Shown: positions 1 through 8,916, counted from the stretch's first letter. The stretch is 32,000 nucleotides of DNA from Candidatus Dwaynesavagella gallinarum (GCA_019120235.1 DWVN01000145.1:5659-37658), one strand, 5' to 3'. Notes: generated by a model from the sequence alone, not told the origin. Made by a program: numbers and translations.

Positions 1-629
<629 letters not shown>

Positions 630-643
630 TTATTTACGTTAAA

Positions 644-669
644 AAGAGACCTTAAAATTAAGATCTCTT
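644..669 (-). terminator. Weak hairpin plus T5 between the zinc-ribbon gene and trpS (leaky terminator or processing site)
   Basis: AAGAGA(644-649) pairs with TCTCTT(664-669), then one mismatch and 3 more bp. On the minus strand it is followed by TTTTTAACG. Only about 30 nt remain before the trpS start, so trpS is probably read through from upstream. Confidence 0.4.
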
Positions 670-682
670 CCTAAAAATAAAA

Positions 683-844
683 CTATCTTCTAACTTCTCT
701 TTTTTGATTCTTTCTTGCACGTCTGCAATCTGGACATCTTACTGGATCATTCTCAAAACCTTTTTCTTTAAAAAACTCTTGCTCTCCAACTGTAAACACA
801 AAATCTTTTCCACAATCTTTACAAGTAATGTTCTTATCACTCAT
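683..844 (-). CDS. 53-aa zinc-ribbon protein (C-x2-C ... C-x2-C)
   Basis: Hand translation: MSDKNITCKDCGKDFVFTVGEQEFFKEKGFENDPVRCPDCRRARKNQKREVRR*. Two CxxC pairs and a basic tail. SD GAGGAG lies 8 nt before the ATG. The pattern CxDCGxxFxFxxxEQxF..KGF...PxRCxxCR matches a widespread small zinc-ribbon family as I recall it. Not in the ORF track. Confidence 0.7.
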   Translation of the reverse strand: MSDKNITCKDCGKDFVFTVGEQEFFKEKGFENDPVRCPDCRRARKNQKREVRR

Positions 845-859
845 ATTAAACACTCCTCA

Positions 860-914
860 CGTTCATAGGAATTATTTGAAGGACATTATCTTCCTTGTCA
901 AACACTTATGAACG
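860..914 (-). promoter_or_regulatory. Structured 5' leader element: 10-nt inverted repeat enclosing a smaller hairpin, directly upstream of the zinc-ribbon SD
   Basis: Arms CGTTCATAGG (860-869) and CTTATGAACG (905-914) are complementary at 9 of 10 positions. Between them, AAGGA...TCCTT can form a nested 5-bp hairpin. The SD GAGGAG (853-858, minus strand) begins 2 nt after the outer stem. Confidence 0.4.
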
Positions 915-967
915 AAAGAATCCGTACCCTTAAAACAAACCTATTTTCTATATTAATTACACTTGTA

Positions 968-996
968 ATTATATACTTAATTTATAAACAATTCAA
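968..996 (-). promoter_or_regulatory. sigma-A-type promoter for the zinc-ribbon/trpS unit
   Basis: On the minus strand: TTGAAT (996-991), a 17-nt spacer, then TATAAT (973-968). This predicts a leader of about 115 nt. Confidence 0.5.
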
Positions 997-1150
997 TATA
1001 AAAATTTATTATTTTTTTCTCAACTAGAAATATTGTTAAATAAATATTTACTATTCTTTCAATTATATATGTTATTTTTAATTAATTCATAAATTTTCTT
1101 CATTTAGATAATAATAATCTAGAAAACTTATTGAAAAGAAGGTGTACGTA

Positions 1151-2221
1151 ATGACATCATTAAAAGAAAATATTACCCATAATTCAAATAGTGAATTTGA
1201 TATTTATAAAAAATTAACAGAAGAAGAAATTAATAGATTAAAACAACTAAATGATTCTCTACAATACAAACTATCTATAACAAGTAACTTACTAGATATA
1301 AGTAAATATCTAAATATGGGAATTGGAAATGATAACATTTTTAATATAATAAACGATGTTGCAATTGCAATATTTGGAGTTAAATACTCAACAATAATTG
1401 TTAAAGAAGATTCTAACACCTATTTAAATATCTCAAATGTAAACAGCAAAAACTATAAAAACTTTAATTTTATGTATAAATTTTTTGGTGAAGAAACTTT
1501 CTTACTCTCTTGTAAAAATGAATTAAGTATTGATTCTATAAAAGAACCTGATTCAAAATCTTTAATTGGATATCCTATATTTTGCAAAAAAAAATTCGTA
1601 GGATATATGATTCTTGAACACCCTTATGAAAATTTCTTTGATCACCATAAGGTTCACTTTTTAGGTGCACTTGCAGACCTTCTTGCTATGACTTATGAAA
1701 ATTACACTTTATATAAACAACTTGATGAAAAATCTAAAAATGATCCAAGTTTAAATATTTTAACTAGAGTTGAATTCATGGAAAGATTAAATTTCATTGC
1801 AAAGAAAAAACCAAAAAAAGATTTTGCAATTGTAATGATGGATATTGATAATTTTAAATCAATAAATGATTCTCATGGTCATCTTTTTGGAGATTCTGCA
1901 CTAGTTCAAACTACAAATGCAATAAAAAATTTAGTTGGAGAACGTGACATGCTTGCAAGATACGGCGGAGAAGAATTCATAATGTATATAGATTCATTTG
2001 AAAATCCAAAAGACTTACTTATTAAAGTTGAGAAAATTCGAAAAACCGTTGAAAGCAATACAATAGAATTAAATGGATCAAAATCAAGTGTAACTATGAG
2101 TTTTGGTATAGCTATTTACCCATATGATGGAAAAACAATTGATCAACTCTTAAATCATGCAGATAATATGCTCTATAAAGCTAAAGATAAAGGTAAAAAT
2201 AAAGTAGAAATTACCCTTTAA
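1151..2221 (+). CDS. Diguanylate cyclase, GAF-like N-terminal domain plus GGDEF domain (GGEEF active site)
   Basis: Motifs MMDIDNFKSINDSHGHLFGD and RYGGEEF, then MSFGIAIYP...ADNMLYKAKDKGKN. The N-terminal half has a GAF-like pattern (LIGYPIF..KKFVGYMILEH...LGALADLLAMTYEN). I prefer ATG 1151 (SD AGAAGGTG 6 nt upstream) over the track's GTG 1142. The I-site position reads GERD rather than RxxD, so there is no canonical inhibitory site. Confidence 0.9.
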   Translation: MTSLKENITHNSNSEFDIYKKLTEEEINRLKQLNDSLQYKLSITSNLLDISKYLNMGIGNDNIFNIINDVAIAIFGVKYSTIIVKEDSNTYLNISNVNSKNYKNFNFMYKFFGEETFLLSCKNELSIDSIKEPDSKSLIGYPIFCKKKFVGYMILEHPYENFFDHHKVHFLGALADLLAMTYENYTLYKQLDEKSKNDPSLNILTRVEFMERLNFIAKKKPKKDFAIVMMDIDNFKSINDSHGHLFGDSALVQTTNAIKNLVGERDMLARYGGEEFIMYIDSFENPKDLLIKVEKIRKTVESNTIELNGSKSSVTMSFGIAIYPYDGKTIDQLLNHADNMLYKAKDKGKNKVEITL

Positions 2222-2227
2222 ATTTTA

Positions 2228-2256
2228 TTGATGGTGTACCATTTTGTATGTATAAT
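2228..2256 (+). promoter_or_regulatory. sigma-A-type promoter ahead of the metallophosphoesterase-relQ pair
   Basis: TTGATG (2228-2233), a 17-nt spacer, then TATAAT (2251-2256), with TG immediately upstream. Confidence 0.45.
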
Positions 2257-2290
2257 ATAATTTGCAAACAAGTTTTAGGGAGTGATCAAT

Positions 2291-2986
2291 TTGAACTTAT
2301 TTGCAATATCGGATTTACATCTATCTTTTAGTTCAAAGAAACTCATGAATATTTTTGGAGATAAATGGATTAATCATTTCGATAAAATTAAAGAAAATTG
2401 GATAAAAATGATTTCTAAAAATGATTTCGTATTACTTTGTGGTGATTTTTCATGGGCAATGAACTTAAATGAAGCAATGCCTGATTTAGATTGGTTAAAT
2501 TCACTTCCAGGTAAGAAAATACTTATAAAAGGTAATCATGATTTTTGGTGGAATGGTATAAATAAATTAAATTCAATATATGAAAATATTAAATTTATTC
2601 AAAATAGTTATATTCCTTTTAAAGATTACGCTATATGCGGAAGTAGAGGCTTTAATATAGAAATTTGTGAAAATCAAGATGAGAAACAACATTTGAAAAT
2701 TCTAGAAAGAGAAAAAATAAGAATGGAACTTTCTCTAAATTCAGCAATAAAAGACGGATTTAAAAAATTTATTTATATGATTCATTATCCTCCCTTTACT
2801 ACAAATAATGAATGTAATAATAAAAATATATTTTTAGATTTAATAGATGAATATAAAATTGAAAAAGTATTGTATGGTCATATCCACAGTAACTTTGAAA
2901 AATTTTATGACAGAAAAATAAATAATACTAGTTACTATTTAACCTCTTGTGATTACCTAAATTTTACACCATTAAAAATATTATAA
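2291..2986 (+). CDS. Calcineurin-like metallophosphoesterase (COG1768-like predicted phosphohydrolase)
   Basis: Motifs SDLHLS, CGDFSWA, GNHDFWW, IHYPP and GHIH form the classic metallophosphoesterase set. The track start GTG 2282 overlaps the SD AGGGAG (2277-2282). In-frame TTG 2291 lies 8 nt after the SD and is the likelier start. Confidence 0.85.
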   Translation: MNLFAISDLHLSFSSKKLMNIFGDKWINHFDKIKENWIKMISKNDFVLLCGDFSWAMNLNEAMPDLDWLNSLPGKKILIKGNHDFWWNGINKLNSIYENIKFIQNSYIPFKDYAICGSRGFNIEICENQDEKQHLKILEREKIRMELSLNSAIKDGFKKFIYMIHYPPFTTNNECNNKNIFLDLIDEYKIEKVLYGHIHSNFEKFYDRKINNTSYYLTSCDYLNFTPLKIL

Positions 2987-3025
2987 TAAAATCTATTATT
3001 TTTTAGCTAAAATGGGTGATGTATT

Positions 3026-3817
3026 ATGGCTATAAAACAATGGAAAACTTTTCTTATGCCATATCAACAAGCTGTTGAAGAATTAAAAATTAAATTTAAA
3101 AGTATTCGTAGTGAATTTAAATTTAGAAACGAATACTCACCTATTGAATTTGTAACAGGTAGAGTAAAAGAAGTTTCTAGTATTTTAGAAAAAGTTAAAA
3201 AATTCAATATTCCTATGGATAAAATCGAATATGAACTTGAAGATATAGCTGGAATTAGAATAATGTGTCAATTTGTAGATGATATAACAAAAGTTGTAAA
3301 TATAATTAGAAAAAGAAAAGATCTTTCTATTTTATATGAAAAAGACTACATAACAAACGTTAAAGAAAGTGGATATAGAAGTTATCACATAATAATTAAA
3401 TACCCTGTTAATTTATCTATTGGATGTAAAGAAATTATTTCAGAAATTCAAATTAGAACTTTAGGGATGAATTTTTGGGCTACAGCTGAACATTCATTAA
3501 ATTATAAGTATAAGGAGCTTATCCCTCCAAATTTAAAAAAGAAATTAAAAGAAGCTGCAGATGCTGCTTATCAATTAGATGAATTAATGATGCAAATAAA
3601 AGATGAAATCAAAGATGCTCAAAGACTTTTTGGAGTAAAATCCAATATTGTTTCAAACATAAATGAGAGCTTAATTAGTTTAATTTCTCTTGGAAGGGTT
3701 AAAGAATCCAGTAATTATCAACTTCAATTAACTACACTTATTGAAATTGGCGATATAAACCAATTAAATTCCCTTTTATTATCAATTCAAAGAGATATCG
3801 ATAAATATAAAAAGTAA
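3026..3817 (+). CDS. relQ: Small alarmone synthetase, RelQ/YjbM (SAS1) type (p)ppGpp synthetase, with C-terminal extension
   Basis: Near-colinear with B. subtilis YjbM as I remember it: QWKTFLMPYQQAVEELK, SPIEFVTGRVK, DIAGIRIMCQFVDD, SGYRSYH, EIQIRTLGMNFWATAEHSLNYKY. It is 263 aa against roughly 210 aa for YjbM. The extra ~50 aa at the C-terminus look helical. Confidence 0.9.
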   Translation: MAIKQWKTFLMPYQQAVEELKIKFKSIRSEFKFRNEYSPIEFVTGRVKEVSSILEKVKKFNIPMDKIEYELEDIAGIRIMCQFVDDITKVVNIIRKRKDLSILYEKDYITNVKESGYRSYHIIIKYPVNLSIGCKEIISEIQIRTLGMNFWATAEHSLNYKYKELIPPNLKKKLKEAADAAYQLDELMMQIKDEIKDAQRLFGVKSNIVSNINESLISLISLGRVKESSNYQLQLTTLIEIGDINQLNSLLLSIQRDIDKYKK

Positions 3818-3851
3818 TAAGACTTCTATTTGTAATATTTTAGAAGTCTTA
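3818..3851 (+). terminator. Rho-independent terminator after relQ
   Basis: TAAGACTTCTA (3818-3828) pairs with TAGAAGTCTTA (3841-3851), an 11-bp stem, followed by TATTTT. Confidence 0.75.
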
Positions 3852-3886
3852 TATTTTACACAATAATTAAATTACGAGGTCTATTT

Positions 3887-5482
3887 ATGAATAATTTTTC
3901 ACACGAGATTAAAAAAAGAAGAACCTTTGCTATAATATCTCACCCAGATGCTGGTAAAACTACACTAACTGAAAAACTTCTATTATACGGTGGTGCTATA
4001 AGACTTGCAGGTTCTGTTAAAGCACGTAAAGCTTCAAAACACGCTACTTCTGACTGGATGGATATAGAAAAACAACGTGGAATATCTGTAACAAGTTCTG
4101 TTTTACAATTCCATTATGACGATTATTGTATAAATATTTTAGATACACCAGGACACGAGGATTTTTCAGAAGATACATATAGAACTCTTGTAGCAGCTGA
4201 TTCTGCTGTAATGGTTATTGATGGCTCTAAAGGAATAGAGCTTCAAACAAAGAAACTATTTCAAGTTTGTGCTCTTAGAAATATTCCAATTTTTACATTT
4301 ATAAATAAAATCGACCGTGAAATAAAAAATCCTTTCGATTTACTAGAAGAAATTGAAAAAGAATTAAATATAAAATGCTATCCTGTAAATTGGCCAATTG
4401 GATGTGGACAAGACTTTAAAGGAATTTACCAAAGAGATGAAGAAAAAATTTATACTTTCTCATCAAAAAACCACGGTCAAAATATTTCAGCTTCTCATTC
4501 TGGAAATTATAATGATGAGATTTTTAAAAACATACTAGGAGAAAATCTGCATTCAAACCTAATTGAAGAAATCGAACTTTTAAAACTTACAGAAACCCCT
4601 TTTAATTCTGAACAAATATTAAACGGAGAACTTACTCCTGTGTTTTTTGGATCTGCTATAACTAATTTTGGTGTTGAAATCTTTCTAAAAAATTTCTTAA
4701 AATATTCCTCAGAACCCTCAAAAAGAGAATCAACTATTGGAGATATATCTCCTTATGAAGATTTTTTCTCAGCATTTATATTTAAAATTCAAGCTAATAT
4801 GAATCCTAAACATAGAGATAGAATTGCATTTATGAGAATTTGTTCTGGAAAATTTGAAAAAGGCATGGAAGTTTCTCATATTCAAAATAACAATAAAATT
4901 AAACTCTCCCAACCTCAACAATTTTTTGCTCAAGATAAAGAATTTATTGATGAAGCCTACGCTGGAGATATTATAGGTGTGTTTGATCCAGGAATATTTT
5001 CAATAGGAGATACTTTAACAACTTCTCCTAAAAACTTCAAATTTAATGGTATGCCATCTTTTGCACCAGAATTATTTGCAAATATAAAACCTATTAATTC
5101 AATGAAAAGAAAACAATTTATAAAAGGAATTACTCAAATAGCTCAAGAAGGTGCTATTCAAGTTTTTAAAGAAATTAATTTTGGAATGGAAGAAGTTATA
5201 GTTGGTGTAATAGGTAATCTTCAATTTGAAGTGCTAGAATATAGATTAAAACACGAATATAACACAGAAATTAAAATAAATAAACTTCCATATAATTTAA
5301 TACGTTGGATAGAAAAATGTGATATTCCCATAGATAAACTTAATTTAACTAGTGATACAAAAAAAGCTACCGATTTAAAAAATAGAAATATTTTAATTTT
5401 TCAAAATGCTTGGGGAATTCAATGGGCTATTGATAAAAATCCTTCAATTATTTTATCTGATATTGGAAAATTCCAAGAGTAA
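3887..5482 (+). CDS. prfC: Peptide chain release factor 3 (translational GTPase)
   Basis: RRTFAIISHPDAGKTTLTEKLLL, ATSDWMDIEKQRGISVTSS, DTPGHEDF, FINKIDRE. Length of 531 aa is typical for RF3. Confidence 0.96.
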   Translation: MNNFSHEIKKRRTFAIISHPDAGKTTLTEKLLLYGGAIRLAGSVKARKASKHATSDWMDIEKQRGISVTSSVLQFHYDDYCINILDTPGHEDFSEDTYRTLVAADSAVMVIDGSKGIELQTKKLFQVCALRNIPIFTFINKIDREIKNPFDLLEEIEKELNIKCYPVNWPIGCGQDFKGIYQRDEEKIYTFSSKNHGQNISASHSGNYNDEIFKNILGENLHSNLIEEIELLKLTETPFNSEQILNGELTPVFFGSAITNFGVEIFLKNFLKYSSEPSKRESTIGDISPYEDFFSAFIFKIQANMNPKHRDRIAFMRICSGKFEKGMEVSHIQNNNKIKLSQPQQFFAQDKEFIDEAYAGDIIGVFDPGIFSIGDTLTTSPKNFKFNGMPSFAPELFANIKPINSMKRKQFIKGITQIAQEGAIQVFKEINFGMEEVIVGVIGNLQFEVLEYRLKHEYNTEIKINKLPYNLIRWIEKCDIPIDKLNLTSDTKKATDLKNRNILIFQNAWGIQWAIDKNPSIILSDIGKFQE

Positions 5483-5545
5483 AATATTTATAATTTGTTA
5501 ATAATAAAAATGATTTAATTTTTATTTTTAAAAGGAGTTGTTTTT

Positions 5546-5710
5546 ATGGAAAAATTTTACGGACCAAATATTCGTATTTCTGATGAAACAGACAATTCAG
5601 TTAAAAATTTCAATAAATTAAATCATTCAAATATACCAAATCCAAAAACAAACCCAATCGTTGTAAATAATATTTCAACAAGTGAATTTGATTATACAGA
5701 AAAACCATAA
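5546..5710 (+). CDS. Unannotated 54-aa hypothetical protein
   Basis: ATG 5546 lies 8 nt after SD AAAGGAG (5531-5537). Translation: MEKFYGPNIRISDETDNSVKNFNKLNHSNIPNPKTNPIVVNNISTSEFDYTEKP*. The stop abuts the terminator at 5711. I recognise no homology. Confidence 0.45.
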   Translation: MEKFYGPNIRISDETDNSVKNFNKLNHSNIPNPKTNPIVVNNISTSEFDYTEKP

Positions 5711-5745
5711 AAAATAGGTGCTTTTAAAAAGCACCTATTTTTTGG
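5711..5745. terminator. Bidirectional terminator (small ORF/prfC unit versus GNAT gene)
   Basis: AAAATAGGTGC TTTTAAAAA GCACCTATTTTTT, with A-run and T-run flanks. The GNAT stop codon (5735-5737) lies inside the right arm. Confidence 0.8.
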
Positions 5746-6184
5746 ATTTATATACCATGTTTATATGTGGAAGTCCAGATTCTAAATACTCTTCTCCCTC
5801 TTCAACAAATCCAAGCTTTTTATAAAAATTCACAGCATGTACCCGAGATCTTATTTTTATAATATTTTCATTTAACTCATTTTCTATAAATTTTATACTT
5901 TCACTTAATAGTTTCTTACAAAACCCTTTTCCTCTATATAATTTATTTGACATAACTCTCCCAAAAGAAACTTCAGGAAAATTTACTCCTTTATTAAAAA
6001 TTCTAGTGTATGCTAATATTTCACCATTATCCTCTACAAAATGATGATAACAATCATAATCTAAACTATCCAAATCCTGATAAACACATTTTTGATCAAC
6101 AATAAAAACTTGAACTCTTAATTTAATAATTTCGTATAATTCTTTAGATGTAAGTTCATTAAATTTTTTAATTACTAAATTCAT
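5735..6184 (-). CDS. GNAT family N-acetyltransferase, ElaA-like
   Basis: 149 aa. ELYEIIKLRVQVFIVDQKCVYQDLD resembles the ElaA N-terminal signature. YRGKGFCKKLL is the acetyl-CoA P-loop-like motif. SD GAGGTA lies upstream. Confidence 0.8.
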   Translation of the reverse strand: MNLVIKKFNELTSKELYEIIKLRVQVFIVDQKCVYQDLDSLDYDCYHHFVEDNGEILAYTRIFNKGVNFPEVSFGRVMSNKLYRGKGFCKKLLSESIKFIENELNENIIKIRSRVHAVNFYKKLGFVEEGEEYLESGLPHINMVYKSKK

Positions 6185-6276
6185 AAATTACCTCAAAATC
6201 AAAATTTAAAAAAATATATCAAAAATCAAATAAAATAATATCATAAATTTAAGTAGAAATATATAAAATATTTTTT

Positions 6277-6285
6277 CATACTATA
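6277..6285 (+). promoter_or_regulatory. Possible mother-cell sporulation (sigma-K/sigma-E type) -10 element upstream of dpaA
   Basis: CATACTATA fits CATAnnnTA and lies about 33 nt before the dpaA start. No convincing -35 element. In DNA this AT-rich, the match could be chance. Confidence 0.25.
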
Positions 6286-6317
6286 TTAAAATATTAATTT
6301 TTATTGGAGAGATTTTA

Positions 6318-7139
6318 ATGAATATATTAATACTAGGTGGAGACGAAAGATTTATTTCTCTTGAAAAAATTCTTAATGAAAATAATTTTAAAACTAAAAC
6401 TTCTTTTTTAAATTCAAATGATGAAAATTTCAAAAAAATAAATAATTTTGATATAATTTTTCTTCCAATACCTTTTTCAAAAAATAATTTCTTAAACGCA
6501 CCTTTTTATTCTGAAAAAATAAATACTGAAAGTATATTTTCTAACCTAAAAAATTTCAAAGGTAAAATAATTGGGGGATTTGATAAAAATTCAGAAAACA
6601 CATTAAAAGAAATGAATTTAAACTTTATAAATATTTTAAAAGATGAAAAATTTACTTTAATAAACGCAATAATAACAGCTGAAGGTTCCATAGAAAAATT
6701 AATTCATGAAAGTGAAAAAAGTTTATTTGAATCAAAAGTTTGTATAATTGGATATGGACGCGTTTCAAAAGCACTTTCAAGAAGAATAGAACCATTATGC
6801 GAAGATTTAATTGTTTATAATAATCCTTCAATAAACTATGTTTATACAAAAATAGATAATATAAAATCTAGAACAATAGATAATTTCAAAAATGAAGCAA
6901 AAAACTTTGATATAATCATAAATACAATACCTCATTTAATAATAACAAAAGAAATTTTAAATTCATTAAACAAAAAAACATTAATTTTAGACTTATCTTC
7001 ACTTCCTGGAGGAGTAGACTTTAAATATGCAAATATTAAAAACATAAAAACAATACACTATTTGGGAATACCTGCAAAAGTTTCAAGGGAAAGCTCTTCA
7101 AAAGCTATATTTAATTTTTTTAAAGAAAATTTAAAATAA
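6318..7139 (+). CDS. dpaA: Dipicolinate synthase subunit A (SpoVFA)
   Basis: Colinear with B. subtilis SpoVFA as I recall it: ILILGGDERF, NAIITAEGSIEKLI, CIIGYGRVSKALS, DIIINTIP, KTLILDLSSLPGGVDFKYA, LGIPAKVS. Confidence 0.88.
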   Translation: MNILILGGDERFISLEKILNENNFKTKTSFLNSNDENFKKINNFDIIFLPIPFSKNNFLNAPFYSEKINTESIFSNLKNFKGKIIGGFDKNSENTLKEMNLNFINILKDEKFTLINAIITAEGSIEKLIHESEKSLFESKVCIIGYGRVSKALSRRIEPLCEDLIVYNNPSINYVYTKIDNIKSRTIDNFKNEAKNFDIIINTIPHLIITKEILNSLNKKTLILDLSSLPGGVDFKYANIKNIKTIHYLGIPAKVSRESSSKAIFNFFKENLK

Positions 7140-7191
7140 TGAATAATTTATATATAAAATTACAAAACTAATCTCAAAGGAAGTGATTATT

Positions 7192-7344
7192 ATGGATCCA
7201 AAAGACCTTTGGGATATAGATAATATATTTGATTTAGTTGAAAATAACCATAACGAATTTAATAACTCACCTCAATATAATGAATATACAAATAATATAA
7301 ATGATTCTGAATTTGATCCACTTAATAACGATTTTTTCATATAA
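7192..7344 (+). CDS. Unannotated 50-aa acidic, Asn-rich hypothetical protein
   Basis: ATG 7192 follows SD AAAGGAAGTG. Translation: MDPKDLWDIDNIFDLVENNHNEFNNSPQYNEYTNNINDSEFDPLNNDFFI*. The stop is directly followed by the terminator at 7345. It occupies the position where dpaB would normally follow dpaA. Confidence 0.4.
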   Translation: MDPKDLWDIDNIFDLVENNHNEFNNSPQYNEYTNNINDSEFDPLNNDFFI

Positions 7345-7376
7345 AAAAGACTAGTCTTTTAAGGCTAGTCTTTTTT
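7345..7376. terminator. Bidirectional terminator (dpaA unit versus tyrS)
   Basis: AAAAGACTAG (7345-7354) pairs with CTAGTCTTTT (7365-7374), with a 10-nt loop. The tyrS stop (7375-7377) abuts the T-run. Confidence 0.75.
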
Positions 7377-8595
7377 ATATTAAATTAAGAACATAAAAAT
7401 TTTTCTTTCCTTTTTTAATTATTGCTTTTCCATCTTTAAAAGCATCTATATTTAAAATAAAATTCACATCACTTATTTTATTTTCATTTAAAGCAACCCC
7501 ACCTTGAGTTACAAGTCTTCTTCCTTCTGATTTTGATGGAAATATTTTCTTAGAAACCAAAATGTCTAACAAACTGCATCCAAGCTCACTTTCTGAAACA
7601 TCATACTTAGGTGCATTATCTAAATTTCCTTCTTTTGAAAACAAAGCACGTGATGCTTCCATACATTTAATCGCTTCTTCTTCTCCATGTATAATTTTAG
7701 TTACTTCAAAAGCTAATACTTCTTTTGCTTTATTAATTTGTTCTCCCTCTACACTACACAACTCTTTAATTTCATTAAGAGGAACAAATGTAAGCATCTT
7801 TAATGTTTTCTCAACATCTTTATCATCAATATTTCTCCAATATTGATAAAAATCATATATAGATGTTTTTTCCTTATCAAGCCATATAGCACCACTTTCA
7901 GTTTTACCCATTTTCTTTCCATCACTTGTTAAAAGTAAATTACATGTAAGGGCATAAACTTGTTTTCCAGTTTTTCTTCTAATTAAATCCATACCACCAA
8001 TCATATTTGACCATTGATCGTCTCCACCAAGCTGCATAATACAATTATATTTTTGATTAAGTACTAAAAAATCATATGATTGCATAATCATATAATTAAA
8101 CTCTAAAAAACTAAGTCCTTTTTCAAGCCTCTGTTTAAAGCATTCTGCTCTTAACATATTATTAACTGAAAAATTAACACCAATATCTCTCAAAAATTCT
8201 ATATAATTAAGATTTAGAAGCCAATCTGAATTATCAACCATTATAGCTTTATCATCTGAAAAATCTATAAATTTTGATATTTGCCCCTTAATTTTTCTTA
8301 TATTTTCTTCAATAACATCTCTTGATAACATTTTTCTCATATCAGTTTTTCCTGTAGGGTCACCAACCATAACAGTTCCCCCACCAACTAAAACAATAGG
8401 TTTATGACCATATTTTTGCATATGAGCCATAAACATAAGGGTAACAAAATGACCAACTGTTAAACTATCTGCAGTAGGATCATAACCTATGTAAAATACA
8501 ACTTTATCCTCATTAATATTTTTTTTAATTTCATATTCATGAGTCATTTGTTTTATAAAACCACGACTCTCTAATTCTTCAAATAAACTCATCAT
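7375..8595 (-). CDS. tyrS: Tyrosyl-tRNA synthetase
   Basis: [15 protein letters not shown] (HIGH region), KMGKTESG (KMSKS region), and a C-terminal S4-like domain ([17 protein letters not shown]). There are two adjacent ATGs (8595 and 8592) after SD AAGAGGGA. Confidence 0.96.
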   Translation of the reverse strand: MMSLFEELESRGFIKQMTHEYEIKKNINEDKVVFYIGYDPTADSLTVGHFVTLMFMAHMQKYGHKPIVLVGGGTVMVGDPTGKTDMRKMLSRDVIEENIRKIKGQISKFIDFSDDKAIMVDNSDWLLNLNYIEFLRDIGVNFSVNNMLRAECFKQRLEKGLSFLEFNYMIMQSYDFLVLNQKYNCIMQLGGDDQWSNMIGGMDLIRRKTGKQVYALTCNLLLTSDGKKMGKTESGAIWLDKEKTSIYDFYQYWRNIDDKDVEKTLKMLTFVPLNEIKELCSVEGEQINKAKEVLAFEVTKIIHGEEEAIKCMEASRALFSKEGNLDNAPKYDVSESELGCSLLDILVSKKIFPSKSEGRRLVTQGGVALNENKISDVNFILNIDAFKDGKAIIKKGKKNFYVLNLI

Positions 8596-8629
8596 ATTCC
8601 CTCTTAGTTTATAATTAAAATTTTTCTAA

Positions 8630-8657
8630 ATTATAACATACCTAAATAAATTTACAA
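8630..8657 (-). promoter_or_regulatory. sigma-A promoter with extended -10 for tyrS (short leader of about 35 nt)
   Basis: On the minus strand: TTGTAA (8657-8652), a 16-nt spacer, then TGTTATAAT (the -10 element is 8635-8630). Confidence 0.5.
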
Positions 8658-8698
8658 AATATAAATTTAAATTGTTATATACAAATAGTTATCAACAC

Positions 8699-8720
8699 TA
8701 TTAACATATATATGTTAATA
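8699..8720. repeat. Perfect 22-bp palindrome upstream of the tyrS promoter
   Basis: TATTAACATATATATGTTAATA is its own reverse complement. Confidence 0.6.
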
Positions 8721-8883
8721 ACTTTATTTTTTTATAATTAATTATAGAAATATTTTATATTTTTCAAATATTTACCATTATTAATAACAAAATTTTAAAA
8801 TATTTATTCCTTATATCTAAATTTATAAACACATTATTGCATCGATATTTAGCTAAATTAATAATATTTTTCCACAAAAATTA

Positions 8884-8916
8884 ATACTTTTCCACAAAAT
8901 ATATGTGGAAAAGTAT
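8884..8916 (-). terminator. Rho-independent terminator of the giant gene
   Basis: ATACTTTTCCACA (8884-8896) pairs with TGTGGAAAAGTAT (8904-8916), a perfect 13-bp stem with a 7-nt loop. On the minus strand it is followed by TAATTTTT. Confidence 0.8.

Noticed and set aside
3026-3817. A RelA/SpoT-domain protein next to a hydrolase-like gene could be a toxic small alarmone synthetase (toxSAS) toxin-antitoxin pair.
   Set aside because: The sequence is near-colinear with housekeeping SAS1 (RelQ/YjbM), including the regulatory N-terminal helix and the EIQIRT/FWATAEHS motifs. The neighbour is a metallophosphoesterase, not an HD-domain SAH antitoxin. Nothing suggests a mobile or defence context.
5735-6184. 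The GNAT acetyltransferase could be a TacT/AtaT-type tRNA-acetylating toxin, with the small adjacent ORF as antitoxin.
   Set aside because: The protein looks ElaA-like. The small ORF is convergent rather than co-oriented upstream, and it has no RHH or DNA-binding character.
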